From Podarcis cretensis (lineage: Eukaryota): 64,000 nucleotides of DNA. The notes beneath the pieces were generated by a model. That model saw nothing but the letters and a program-made list of their open reading frames with translations. It ran no database searches and was not told the origin of the DNA. Where the stretch lies: positions 52,762,001 to 52,826,000 of the forward strand of contig OX638150.1 in assembly GCA_951804945.1 (NCBI GenBank), given 5' to 3'. A program made the position numbers and the translations under genes. Of this stretch, positions 48,610 through 62,029 are shown in pieces (position 1 is the stretch's first letter; each line of letters opens with the position of its first letter).

Positions 48610-51600
48610 GTAGAACATCAGCACAATGGCACTAGAAATAAAAAATGAAGATGCTTTGCAGTCCGTTCCAGAACTGGGTAGCCATTACAGCATTCTTTGA
48701 AGCTGTCCCCTACCCAATTGGGCCCTGCTAAGGTGTAATATGGGAGTGGTTCTCTATGGAGGATGAGGCTTTATTGTTCTATACACCGAGTGTTGCTTCA
48801 GAAGAGGATAATATGTTAAGAAAGCAGATTATGTTCTCAGTTGTGGGTGAATTTAAAATACTGAAGAGAGTGATAAGATGAAGAAGAGAGTGATAAGATG
48901 TCAGGGTTTAAGATTGCCTAGAAATTATTTTGGTGAATTGGAAGTGCCTTTCTCTAATCCCAGATGTGATTAATTAGCAGTGAAGGGAAAGTACTCTGCC
49001 CATGCTCAACAGCACTCACGTCCCATTTCTCATGTTGCAGAATTACGCCCAGGCACTAAAACAGTTGGGTGGGTGGGACTAAGATCAGGCTCAAATTAAG
49101 CACATGTTTCTCTTGTCCTATTGTAGCATATTTCTTTGATTGTGGGGTGAAATGAAGGGGTGGGGTTGGGGAGAATCATGATTTTATATGCCTGTTTGAC
49201 TTGTTTTTCCCGGTCCGCCCCTACCATGTGGCCCCTTGAAGGTTGGTCTTGTGGGAATGTGACTCTTGGGTTGAAAAATGTTCCCCACCTCTGGAATAAA
49301 GGGGGGTGGAATGTGAAAGTTGGATTAAATGACAATTAAATGCAAAATGTACAGTCTGACATTTTGGTTGAGTCTAACTGTATACCAAATAAGCACAGCG
49401 ACTATTCACAGCAGCTGTAATGGCTGATTACACAATCAGTTTTATATCCATTCACCCTGACCCACAGATTCTCACATGTAGCAGTGGGATGCCTGTCATT
49501 ATGCATGATAATCTCCATATGATCATCTGATACGGTGATAGTTGGTGCAGTTTTGCTGAGGAGGGCAAGATTCTAGAAGGGCAAGTATGTTTAGAAAAGA
49601 AGGATCAGCTTTAAAAGTTTGGAAAATACAATGGTCATCCAATTTTTTAATTATAAATTTATATCCCACCTATCCTCCCAAAGGATGGGAAACAATATAT
49701 AAGGATATATTGATTGGAAAAGAGACTAGAATCTATATTAGTAGAAAGCCACATTTCATTCTGTATCATAAATGCGATTCTGTGCTCTCTGAAAAGTTCA
49801 CCTAGTGCCTGAGGATAAAACCAGACATGTTTGTTAAATTGACAACTGATTAATAGTTTTATTATGTGTAAAGTAATCAACTCAGATTTAATTTATTCAA
49901 ATGTCACTGATCCATGATTTAAAATAATGAGGAAAACTACTTCCTTCAAAGGAATATTTTAACATCTTGTTATATGGTTTATCTATTCAATATTTTGCAA
50001 GAAGGACAAGGAATTTGCCTTATAATTCAGCATTAGAAGTAAGGCTAACTCGTAGTCTCTCTTATTATCATTAGGCTTCTGCCACTTTCATTGATGTGAT
50101 TCAAATTGTGTAATTGAATGTATCAGAGTAGTAATTTTAACTGTGTTAGCATGTTTTTGAATGTACATGAATTACATTTTCAGCTTGATGTCACTGCCAG
50201 TTTCTACTTTAGTTGCATTGGTTATAAGAAGTGTTTTGTTTTACCACTATGGGCTGATTTATGAGCTGTATTCTTAACATGTCACACAATGCACATGTTA
50301 AACTGTGAAGGAGGCAAACACATTTCATTTGGAACATATACCCATGTGCCTAGAGGCACCGGGGGCTCTTTGTGAAATATACACATATGTGTGAAATAAT
50401 GTGTGTGACTGTGAGACTATATATGTATATCTGTCTATGGATGTGGCTGCTTGTTAAACAATCTGCTGCTTCATGTGAGAAGGTGCTGCACAGTCCACAC
50501 CACCTTCTGTGATCTGTATGCACAAACTTTTTTCATGCAAAATCTTCCATCTCATTAAATTCCAACCCCCCCCCCCCACTGTTAAATAAATACAAGTTCT
50601 GGCATGATTTGTCTACCTACAATATTTTTGTTGACTGCTTCCCACTGGCATGGCACATACCATTGATTATGGATCCTTTCTCTCTTATTCCATTGCTGCT
50701 CTGCAACTTGACACAGATAATTTTGTGTGACATTTTAGTAGAAGCCAAACTATGCTATGTCGTTCGGTCTGTGTATTTGCTGCCTCCAGAGAGTTCAAGG
50801 TGGTGTAAATGGGATTCTCTCTTTGTCCTTGCTACAACCTGGTAGGCTTGGTTAGTGAGAGAGTGACTAGCCCAAGTTTCTTTCCTCAATAGGGAGCTGA
50901 ACTTGAATCTCATCCTCCTAGTCAAAACTTACAGCCCACTCTCTTTTTACAGTCCTGGAGCCCTGCTATTCAAGAATTCTGTTTCGTGGTTCCCTTTCCT
51001 CTTTTTTTTTTTTTTTTTTTTGCAAACAGCATCACATGTACATGCATGCAAGGGATGCAATTGAACAACCCCAACATTTACTAAGGGGAAAAATCTTTCT
51101 GTTCAAATTCTGAAAGGGGAAGCAAATATAAATAGGAAATATGCAAAGATTGGTACTGAAACAAAAAGGAAGTGGGAGTGAAATGCAAGCAAGAATACTG
51201 ACCTGGAAGGTTAGCAGACAACACAGATACAGTCAATATTGAAATGTCAATACTGTCTGTGTTATTGCTAATCCATGATGTAAAAGCTGGTTCTAAATAG
51301 CTCTGGAAAATACTGTTAGGAAAGAGGTTTGCTTCATGGAGGGACAAAGATGAGTCTTTTATCACTCATATACTAGACTTATAACACCACCACACCAGAA
51401 GATACAATTCTTAGTGATCAGCATCTAGCTTTGACTATACCTATTGGGGGTGGGGAACCGGATTTGGAGGTGCTAGCTCAAAGTAACACCAACAAGTGAA
51501 ATAATTCATTTTTAGGGTTAGACCTTTTAAAATAAAAGACAATAATTTTTAAGGCCAGTCATTTAACAGTGTAAATAAACAGGCACTTGTGTTATTTCTT

Positions 51601-51677
51601 CTCACATTTTAAAAACTCTTATCAATAGGTAAGGCAATGTGGTTCTGTTGACATACCTCACATATCTCTATTTCTAG

Positions 51678-51780
51678 TCCACAGTCTGGCTTGGAGTGTG
51701 TAAAGTAATTTCTAAAATGATAGAAGAAAATGGACACTTTAGAAGCAGATTGCTGTCCTGTAGCGAACTTCCAAGTGAAG
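51678..51780 (+). CDS. C5orf47: C5orf47 exon 3 (STVWLGVCKVISKMIEENGHFRSRLLSCSELPSE)
   Basis: tttctAG|TCC...GAAG|GTaggt; 103 nt. Strong match to the DUF4680 core (human, as recalled, VWNRVYKVISRMLEENEKYRHRL). Confidence 0.9.
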
Positions 51781-52701
51781 GTAGGTAAGAAGTAAGCTTC
51801 TTGTGGTACTCTTGACTCCATTACTATGCCCAGAGTGGAAAGTTCTGGTGATATCCAGACATACATTTCACCAGTATCATCTGGTAAGATGGACTTTACA
51901 TTCTGTCATGCTAAATAACATCCACTCCTTTGTTTCCTTGGGATCTGAAAACTGTGGCCCTAATCTAACTAAAGTTAGTTGGGCTTAATGCCCCTGAAAT
52001 AAAAAGGAGAAGGTGGTCATGAATGATTGAGTTTCCACTGATTTGAATGAGACTTGAAGCAGAGATAAGTTTAGTTGGATAGGGTTCTAATTTGAATTGT
52101 TTCATGAGGGGCTCCCTATGAAAACTGCTGTGATGCTGCAGTGAGTTAATACAGGACACAATGGCTTTCTTCTAAGAAGGAGAGCTCACAATGAAGTACT
52201 TTGGGAGCAGATTGCACACGTGCCTCAGAATATTTCCAGGCTTCCTCTGATCTTGCAGGCAGAACTCAAACCAACAGTTTGGACAGAGAAAGCCCTAACT
52301 GCCTCAGGCTTGCATAGGCACTAGTGCCCAAAAACATCCATAAATTATATTTGAATATAAGAGATAGATACTACTTATTTTCAGTACCTATTGCACATTT
52401 ATAAAACACTTCTGGATATTTATCAGAATAATTGTCTGGAAGTAGTATTTTACATGTGTTCTGACATGTGGTGACTGAGGTTTACCTTCTGTATTCATTT
52501 TATACTGCTTTAAATAACAATGTCACTCCTTTTCTCTGGAGCCTCTGAGATGGTGTTGAGGGCAGAATTTACAGTTAAACTTCCCTAGCAAAAGAGATAC
52601 CTGCTACTTTTCCAGGATTAAACTAGCTATCACAGCTGACACCATCTACCTCTCCTTTCCATACTTTCATTTTACAACGCTATGAATGAGAGATGCACAA
52701 A

Positions 52702-52984
52702 CTTCAAGAAGGAATGGGAAAATTTTATTTAAGAAACCACTGTAAGCAGATGAAAACATTAGCAGGATTTTAATACTTGTAATGTAACAAATACTATGGA
52801 CAATATGGAGAGATACAAAATATGGATTATGAAATATTATGTAGTTGAAAATGTTGACAATAGGACCCGTGGAGGGGAGGGTGGGAAGTCTGGAGACTCA
52901 GATAAATCTCTATATATGGTTATGTATTTGGCATTGTTATAACCTTTCACTTGTAAAATCAAATAAAAATATTTTTTTTAAAAA
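52702..52984 (+). mobile_element. 5'-truncated L1-like insertion with 14-bp TSD
   Basis: TSD GAGAGATGCACAAA at 52688-52701 and 52985-52998. The insert begins with an ORF2-end-like FKKEWENFI, has a G-rich 3'UTR tract, AATAAA and an A-rich tail. Confidence 0.8.
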
Positions 52985-54017
52985 GAGAGATGCACAAAGA
53001 TGCTGCCATACTTGTTTGATACAAAATCTATCATGAAAATGAGTTTCTTCTGTAAAATTAGAAGATGACTGCCTATAATATATGAGTATTACATAAACAA
53101 GTGAGCTTCCAATGAATGCTGGCTATGACTTACCCTAATATAATATTAGAATATTTGCGGCCTAATTGAGGCCTGGATGCAAATGAATGATGAATGGATG
53201 GATGGAAATGAAGCATGAATTAAAACTGACATTCTATTGATGCAGTTTCCATTAGAGCTTTGTAGCTGCTGCACAATTCAAAGTAACACAATATTATGCT
53301 TACAATCATAATTGGAATTTCTGGCTTCACAGTTTAATTAGTTTTAGGAAACAGATTTACCAATCCATTAAGTGTTATGTGTTAAATTTAAAGTGACATA
53401 TTCTCAGTTTGTCTGCTGAGCTTACATTAATGTCAATAGAGGTCTGCAAACTATGTGAGTATAGAATATGCATTGGTATTTGGAAATAACCATTGGTAGT
53501 TTCTGTTAGCAATGTTTTGTATTTCCTTTTGTTGTTCACATTCCATATAACTCCAAATAGCCAAACTTAAATTAGCTAGAATTTCTCATTATCTATTAGG
53601 AAAGTCCAATATTGTAGACTGGTTTCAGCTATAGTAGCGTGGTTTCAATTACAGTAGCATAAACATTGACAGTACCATGACAGTGATTTTGTGCCAGTGC
53701 AGACACTTACTTCCAAGTAAAAATACATAAGATTTTACTGTAAGTCACTCTGTGTTCAATGGGGCTTTCTCCAGATAAGTGTGTATAGGATTGCTGCTTC
53801 ACTATAGGATTAGGGTATTAAACCAGTATCTAATTTCCTCCGATAAGCTCAGATAAGTAGTCAAAATTCAACAAGCCGTTTAGAATATTAGTAATAGGTA
53901 CTTGTGCCCCACTCCTAGACTGAAAGCAAATCCCATGGTTTTGAGTGGCACTTCCAATTCCCACGTGTGTTTACCACTCACTGAACTCCACAGAGTTCAC
54001 TTCTAAGTAATCGACCA

Positions 54018-54120
54018 ATTTTACTCAGAGTAGGCCTGTTGAAATGAATGGATCCAACTTAATCATGTTCATTAATTACAGTGGGTCTATTCAGAGTAAA
54101 ACTTAGTTGAATACCACCCA
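54018..54120. mobile_element. Palindromic MITE (PIF/Harbinger-like; assignment tentative)
   Basis: Inverted repeat TTTTACTCAGAGTAGGCC / GGTCTATTCAGAGTAAAA, ending GTTGAATACCACCC. Related copies at 55710-55796 and 22437-22555. Confidence 0.6.
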
Positions 54121-55165
54121 GTGGAATTTACTCCAGTTAAGTGTGTATCAAATTAAACTATGTCCAGTGGGGCTTTTTGGTGGATTTCACTCTCTGAATG
54201 TCGTATTATTTATATGTCCCCTCTCTGTTCCTGTATTCCCAAACCACTGCAATACCTGTATGCAAGCAGAGGAACTAATTTGTGGTCTTCGTGACTGAGG
54301 TTCTGTTTGCCCGGTTTACAGCTGCTGCAGCAGCTGTGATTCATAATACTTGAGGTTCCCCTACAGCCTTTTTCTGCCTTGCTTTCTCACTAAATTACAA
54401 AAAAGAGTTATAGGGTTTTCCAGAGCATTTGTGTTTTATTTAAAAACAAAAGAAAGCCCAAAGCTAACATTCTGTCTTGACAGATATGAATCACTTAAAA
54501 ATGCATCCCTCTTCCACTGGCTTTGACAGTAGTAAGCGTGGCCTAGTTGAGAGCTTTGATTGTACACCAGGAGGAAGGAATGGACATTGGTATTTTTCCC
54601 CCCTTACTTGCATTTTCTGATGCCCATTGTTGTTATCATCCATTAGAAATTACATAGTGGCAATAATCTTTGGCTATAATTTGCTTCTTTTTGAAAGGCA
54701 CCATTATGTTACCCTCAGTGCTAATTGTAGTTCATTTTTGCAGAGCTTTAATAGCGGCTCACTTATTAAACTCTATTTAGCTGAAAGCACTTGATTCGAA
54801 TGCCTTCTTTCTAATTAGCAGATTTTGCACAATATTGCACTAAGGAGATAAGTCTCCTATTGATCTGAATTCTTTATCTGATAAGTAGTAAAAATGCATT
54901 GGAGTAATCACAGTAGGACTGCAAATGCAGAACAACATGTCTGAATCAAGAAGCCTCTGTTTTGCACCAAACAGTTATTGTTTTGCACTTTTGTTTATAT
55001 AGTAAAAGCAAGATTATTAATGCCACATTTTGCTATTTCTGTAAATTGTTTTCTTTAAAGGTGATTATTGCAATTTTAATACCATAGATTGCTTCAGATG
55101 AAATGTAATGAGAGTTCCAATACAAATGAAAGCAATATATTTGTTCTCATGAAATTCTTCCACAG

Positions 55166-55215
55166 GCAGAGATGTAAATGGGAAGGTACAAAATGAGACT
55201 TCTTGCATTGACACT
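55166..55215 (+). CDS. C5orf47: C5orf47 exon 4 (GRDVNGKVQNETSCIDT)
   Basis: ttcttccacAG|GC...ACACT|GTAAGT; 50 nt, phase 1 to 0, consensus donor. Confidence 0.7.
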
Positions 55216-56418
55216 GTAAGTAAAACTCTGCTTCAGTTACATTATGGTGATAGAAAATTATTTAATAAGGGCTACACTTTCACAGAGAGGTAAGCAAAAG
55301 TTGTAGAATCAGGGATGACAATGGACCGTACACTTCATATATTTAGCATTGCAAATGTTGATGCTCTTTTTGGAATGCTTCAATTAACTGTGGTAAAATT
55401 CTGTGAGAGTTAATTTATCATTCCAAGTGACATGCATATCATCAACTTATCTCAGGTATATATATGAGAGGCATTTTGGTGAATTGTCTAGAGGTGGCCC
55501 ATGAGAAGCTTTGCTTATTGGTAGGAAGGGCTTACTGTGCAATGGCAAAAGCCATACAGAATTTACATTGTTTACTATATTTCTTTGGTCTACTGCCAAG
55601 ACAAATATTTTTTTCACCTAGATACTTTGCAGGTTTTGGAGCTAAATATTTTCAAATGTTTGTAAGCTGTGGTATCAACATGATTTAAAAACAATAGAAT
55701 TAAGTCTAAGGGCAGTATTCAGCTATGTTTTACTCAGAGTAGACCCATGTAAACTAATGAGCATGAATAAGTTAGATCCTAGTTGAATACCACCCCAAGA
55801 AATATTGGGTGGAATTCAACATATTGCTAAGGTGATTGTTCTTTCAGAACAAGGATTTGTACTTGGGTGGAGGAATGCTCTTCTGGGGAATCTTGTAACC
55901 CTCAACAGCAGGTGTGGGGAGGAGACGGGGGAAACCTTGTGTTGGCTTTTGCTAATGGAATGAGGTATTTGAATATAGTCCAAATTTTGGGGTTGATATG
56001 GGATCCAAACCAGGAGAATAGTCCCTGCTCATAGAATTCTGTGGAAGGAAAATGTTTCTGGTAGGATCCAACTCTTAACATGTAGGAAATATTGGATATG
56101 ATATTTCCCACACTTCATCTATGCATGCACTATGGTTTGACTATACTGCAGTTCTTCCTTATTGTAATTTCATCAGGAACCATCCTAAGAGCTGATGGTT
56201 GACAGAACAAAGGAGCCTTCTGTCTATTTGCCCATCTCATCTGGTCAAACTTAACTAGAAACGGCAGTACAGAAACTCCTGAAGTTGTCTAGGCATTGAG
56301 CAATTAAGCAGCTGCTTTGCAAAGCAGACTTCTTCCAAAGATAACTATTCCATAAGCCTGTTTATTGTAAACAAGAGATTCATAACCAAAGGTTTTTTTA
56401 ATCTCCCTTTTTCATTAG

Positions 56419-56445
56419 GATGAAACCATTTTTGGATGGGTGTAG
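56419..56445 (+). CDS. C5orf47: C5orf47 exon 5 coding part (DETIFGWV*)
   Basis: ccctttttcattAG|GATGAAACCATTTTTGGATGGGTGTAG; in frame with exon 4. The IFGWV end resembles bird/reptile orthologs as I recall them. AATAAA follows at 56774-56779. Confidence 0.7.
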   Translation, partial: DETIFGWV

Positions 56446-57526
56446 GAAACAAAGCAACAAGGAAATGAAGATTTACTTCAGGTTTTGCATTTTAGCTGTT
56501 TTCCAGTAATCCTTTAATTATACTGGAGAAACAGATTCTTGGTGTCAGAGGTACTGGAATACAAATACTAGACATGTTATGTGGAACGATTTATGTGTTT
56601 TTCATGTAATAGGTTAATTGTAATGTAAGTTTGATTTTGTTTAAATGTGATTAAGCAAATCAGCTTTGCACTTGGGTTTAGGTATTCATAAAGGAATACA
56701 ATGCAGTATGATTACAATATAATATTTTTAATGTTGATTTTATGTGTATGTACTGTACTAATCAGCTTCTCAGAATAAAGTATGGATCTATGAAGTAAAT
56801 GTACAGGTCTGGGAGTTTGTATCTCAAAACTGAGTTTAATTCCTGCTATCATTACACTGTAATGGTGCGCCTGAATATTACCTGAATCTCATAATGTATT
56901 TCAAAAATATACAGGGTAGTCATCCTCAAGGACAGTGGACTGTGGGTAATACTACAGGGTCATAAGAACAACACATTATGAATTGATGGTGTAGAAGTTG
57001 GGATGCAGTGTCAGTGTCTCATTAGCGCAAGCAGGAGTCCAAGAACTATTCAGCTTAATGAAGTCTACTGGGAGTTAGAGGAAGGTTTCACTTCCTTCCA
57101 GCTTTCATTTTCCTGGTACATACCAGCTCATTTCCTTCTATGTGGAATTGCCTGGAAGTCCCAAGACTCATAGCAGAGGATCATAGTTCAAGAGTCATAC
57201 AGTTTCTGAGGCCATAATAATAATAATAATAGTAATAATAAAATAAATAAATAAATAAATAAATTTTGGTCTGATCCAGCAGGGCTCTTCTTTTATTTAT
57301 ATTGCCATCTCATTAATTATCTCCAAGACCTCTCATTCTCCCCTGTCAGACTTTGATACATTTCTCAGCTTCTTACAGTCTGTCCTCTGCAAGGGTATGG
57401 GGAGAGACAGGGTGTCATCTTTAAAAATTTAAATGACAATTTAAAAAGAAATGGAAGGAGGGATTCATTGTAGCTCTCTGGAGATCATTCCATAGGCAGA
57501 AGCATCTCAGCTTGCTGGATGAAGAG

Positions 57527-57770
57527 TTTGGATTTGGATTTGATATCCCACTTTATCACTACCCGAAGGAGTCTCAAAGTGGCTAACATTCCCCTTTCCC
57601 TTCCTCCCCCACAACAAGCACTCTGTGAGGTGAGTGGGGCTGAGAGACTTCAAAGAAGTGTGACTGGCCCAAGGTCACCCAGCAGCTGCATGTGGAGGAG
57701 CGGAGACGCGAACCCAGTTCCCCAGATTACGAGTCTACCGCTCTTAACCACTACACCACACTGGCTCTCC
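57527..57770 (-). mobile_element. tRNA-derived squamate SINE (Squam3-like)
   Basis: The reverse strand reads GGAGAGCCAGTGTGGTGTAGTGGTTAAGAGCGGTAGACTCGTAATCTGGGGAACTGGGTTCG, with box A and box B, a CORE-like middle and a short repeat tail. Older relatives at about 18880-18975 and 28075-28265. Confidence 0.8.
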
Positions 57771-60700
57771 CAGTGGATGAACGATTCCCTGTATTCTCCC
57801 CCCATGTGCTTTATCGGTGTGTGTGTGTGTGTGTTTCTCCCTAAGTGACTTGACACCTGATTACTTCATTGACCATCTTCCACCAAATGTTCCCACCAAG
57901 TCTTAATATTCGCATAGGAAGCTTCAAATTTCCCCACCTATTTTGAGTGGTTACTAGGAATTTGGCCTTTTTGTTGGTGATATCCTGTCTACAGAATGCC
58001 CTTCCCAGAGGGGCTCACCTGGTGCCTATGTTATTCTCTTGGGTGCTAGGTTAAGTCTCACAGGCCTTTTAATACGCTTTTAACTGTACCCCCCCCCCAA
58101 GACTTTGGATCTTGAATTAGAATTGTCCTTGTACGTGGGCTTATGCTGGTGCAAAACTTCCAGCTGCTGTTTTCATACTGTTTTAAATGTTTTGTATGGT
58201 TGGTTTTTCATGATGGGGATTTATTGTTTTTAACATGCTCTGAACTGCCTAGGGAACACAGCTGGATAGGTGGAATGAACAAATAAATAAATAATCAATG
58301 TTCCAGCAGGGATAATTACCAACAATTCCTTAGAAAAGATAAATATATTGTAGAAACTGGGTTAGTAAGTCAGTTATGTGAAATTTTGATTTAAAATGTT
58401 GACTGGTGTATAAACAGTACTAAAGTACAAACGAATAGAATCCGAGGGTCATACTTCAGTGTACTCAAATGAGCAAAACAACCTTTGAGATTAATACAGA
58501 AAGCCAACGACATAGGAAGTATAGGTGTATTTATTTAAAATGGTAACAGTGAGTGGTGTTTTAAAATCTTAGGTTTATTTTGCCTTTTGAAAAATTTCTG
58601 GCTCAGTTCCTTGTGCTCTCTCTCTTTGTACATTCCCTCATGTGGAACCTTCCAGAGACCACATGCCTGAGGTGAATGGGGCCAAAGCCAGAAGTCAGTA
58701 AAGCAATAGGCATGACTCTTACTTTTATACAATAGGCTGCATTCCACCCCTGCAAAACTCTGAGGTTTTTGCTTCCCCCCCATCTCTCCATTCTCCAGCC
58801 AAGAAAGAAGCATTGTGTTGTTGCAAAGGCACATTCCAGACTGACAAAACCCCTTGAGGAGGATGTGGAGTGTGGCCAGTGAGGGGTATGGCCTGGGGAG
58901 GCAAGGGGGATAGTGGCAGTCCCAAGGGTCAGATAGGGAAACCTTGAGAGCTGTATTCAACCCCCAGGCACTTGGGTGTAGACAATATTGACTAAGTTAG
59001 ACCGATGGTTTGACTAGTACTAGTTGATAGAGTGAATATAGGTCTGTGGGTAGACACTGTGTGCAAGCCAAAGCCTGTGGTGAGTATAACCACCTAGCTT
59101 ATGGCTTTGGTGACTGCATGCATCTCCAGCCTGTTATGGAGAGTTAGCTTCCAGTATCACGTGTCCTTTTGAAGCAGTAGTGCTGGCATGGGAACTCATT
59201 ATAGCCACAGCAAGACTGAGCCGTCTTGTAGAACAAGGATGTGGAATCACCAGCTTGTAGGCCAAAGTGTCCCTATCCTCATAGTCCTAGAATAGTGGTG
59301 TAGCAGAAAAAAATACTGTAGTTGTGAATGCAATAATTAGTAGTTCCAGAGAGGACATAGACCCGCAGAATTCTGTCAAGATGTAGCACATCTGACCTGC
59401 TACTGATTTTGCTGGCATATGTACATGTGTAGCCATTGTAGATATACAATGTGTAATTTAAATAATGGTTTATTTTCTGTGATGTGCACGATAAGGAAAA
59501 GAGTTATTTGGAGTCCAAGACGAGAGAGAATACGCTTGCTTATTCATGTTTCAAACATGGCTGGGAAAGTTAAGGAAATAAATATTAGCAAGGTAATATA
59601 TGTGTTACCAGTGCTATTTGCAGACTTTAAAAAGCAGGCAGAAGAGATGACTTTGTTGTTTTTTCTGCCCAGACCCTTAAGCATATGGGATCATCAGAAG
59701 CGATAGTGAAAATAGCAATTCTACTATGATTTGTTTATGATTTTGTGGGTAGATATGTCAGATTACATCTAATATGCGATAACATCTTCAAGTTTTGCTT
59801 TGATTTGTTGTTTCCAACTTGCTTTGCCTTCTGCTGCCTTAATAGTGTCTCCACTGAGATTTCATTCTAAGTCTTTGGGCAGGGCTGACAGCTTTAAACA
59901 TGAAGCATCCAGTTTATACCAACTCATTAGTGCTACGTCACATAAATGTGCAAATAATTGATTTGGCAAGTTTCAAAGAGAAGGGTTTTCAACCCTAAAA
60001 TCAACCTTTAAAACTTCTAAAATTGCTATAGGGGTTTCTACAGCCTTATTAAGAAAAGCCAGAACTATTTCTTCTTCTAGAATTGTCTTGTCTTCCACCA
60101 CCTCTGAAATTATGGAAATTAGATGTTGCTACATGTGTGGCTCGGGCCTCCAAGTAATAATGCCAGTCTTTTTTTATGTTTTTAACTCATGAATTGCATT
60201 CAGGCATCATGCTGGATGGAATGGTGGTTTTGTCCTGCAATAAGTAGTCAAGAGATGCTTCCTCTGATGTCCAACAAATAATTAAATTCAATCTTGGTCT
60301 CATCTTCGCTCATTGTTACCTCTTACATGCTTTCAGATATCATGAAAATAAGAGAAAGAGCCAGGCTCATGTCCTTTTGTCACCTCTTGCTTTGCTTATT
60401 CCTTTCTCTCATTGCTCACCTCTTGCCTCTTAATTTCCAAATGTCCATAACAGGCAGGGAACCAAAGGTAGGACCACTGGGGAGTCATGTCTCTTCCAGT
60501 GTGTTTCTGGATGTGGGGTCCAGTCTGAAATATCTGGATCTTGTACCTTCAGCATAATAGCTGAAGTTATTTTCCATCAGTAGACATAAATCAGCTCACC
60601 TTAAGCTGTGTTTTCACCCCCTCTATTCCTCTCCAGGCACCTTAGACTTAGGGGCTGAATGTAATCCTCCAGGCATCTCTGTCTAACCCCTGTGGCTTGC

Positions 60701-62029
60701 ACCTTACTCATTGGTCCTGCTCTGCACCCTCCCAAGTACTTTTACCCAGCTAGAATGTGTTTATACTATGAAAACACTGCTTGCTTGTTTGCCTGGATGG
60801 AGGTGTGTATGTTTGTGTTTCATGCTCCTATGTAACAACCCAGTTTTCCCATCCAGTTTTCCCATCAAGTGTATGACCACCAGAGAACCATTACTAATCC
60901 AAGCTTTGGATGATGTTACCAGGAGGATATACCGGTACATGCATTTAAACACTTGCCTGCCACATTCACACTTTGCATTGTTAGGTGTGCACTTTAATTA
61001 AAACACACACACTTAACCGTGCTATTAAAAATGTAATGTGCAACTGAAGAGGCTCTAAGTAGGGGATGGTAAACTATATTTTTTACAACAAGCTTTAATT
61101 GCCTTTTTTCCTTTATAACATACAAATGCAATTACGAAGCATGCACTGACAAAAATGTACATGCTGTTTTTGTTCTATCTTGCATCAAGAACATTCACTC
61201 ATGGTACAAGTAGCACAGCAGAGGTACAAAGATGTTTGGTGTTTAATGTGAAAACAGCATCAGTTTTGTCAACACTATGGAATTCTCTTTTATTTGAAAT
61301 TACTTCCCACCAGAAGTGGCAAAGTGGATTGCCTCCTTTGCCACATTTTCCTCTCCAACGAAATGAATTTGGGAATCAACACGGGGGTCCAGACCAGTGG
61401 CTGAAAGTCACTGTACTAGTCACCATGTTGTTTAGTGATTAAACATAGCTGTACTTCGGGCTAGGCTGAAATGCCTGGTAGTAAGACAGATGAACAGCTG
61501 GCTAGAGCAATTAAAGTCTGAGCAGATATAGTCCTTGACATCTTCATGTCTGTGGTACTGGATATATTACTGACTTTTCCACTGGGAGGCTGAAAAGAAG
61601 CCCTTATCTTCTTCCTCATCTGATAGTCTGAGCACGTTCACTTGGAAGCAAGTCCCCAGAATTCATAGAATTAGAAGGAACTCCAAGGGTCATCAAGTCC
61701 AACCCCCTACAATGCAGAAATCTGAAAACCTGGTTTGAATCAACACGTACATTGTGCATTGTGTTGCAACTAGCCCCTTGTTCCCTTCCCGCCAGCATAC
61801 TCTTTCGAAGGTTAAACGTATTTCTTCAGATTTACCCACTGGTTCCCAGTGGCTTTTGCTTTTTATATCTGGAGGTTTGCCTCTAGTTCGCCTATTGCTC
61901 ATGATCAGCAAAATCACAAACCATCCCCCCTCTTCCCCGTTCCATTAATCCGCCAAGGACAATGCTCTCTTCCTGCCTAAGGTTCTTTGGCGACAAGGCT
62001 CGTCCTGCTAAAGCCACAGATATTGCACG

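Noticed and set aside
48863-48900. 20-nt tandem duplication (similar ones near 25138 and 39777)
   Set aside because: Simple slippage duplications with no spacers; not CRISPR-like and no sign of function.
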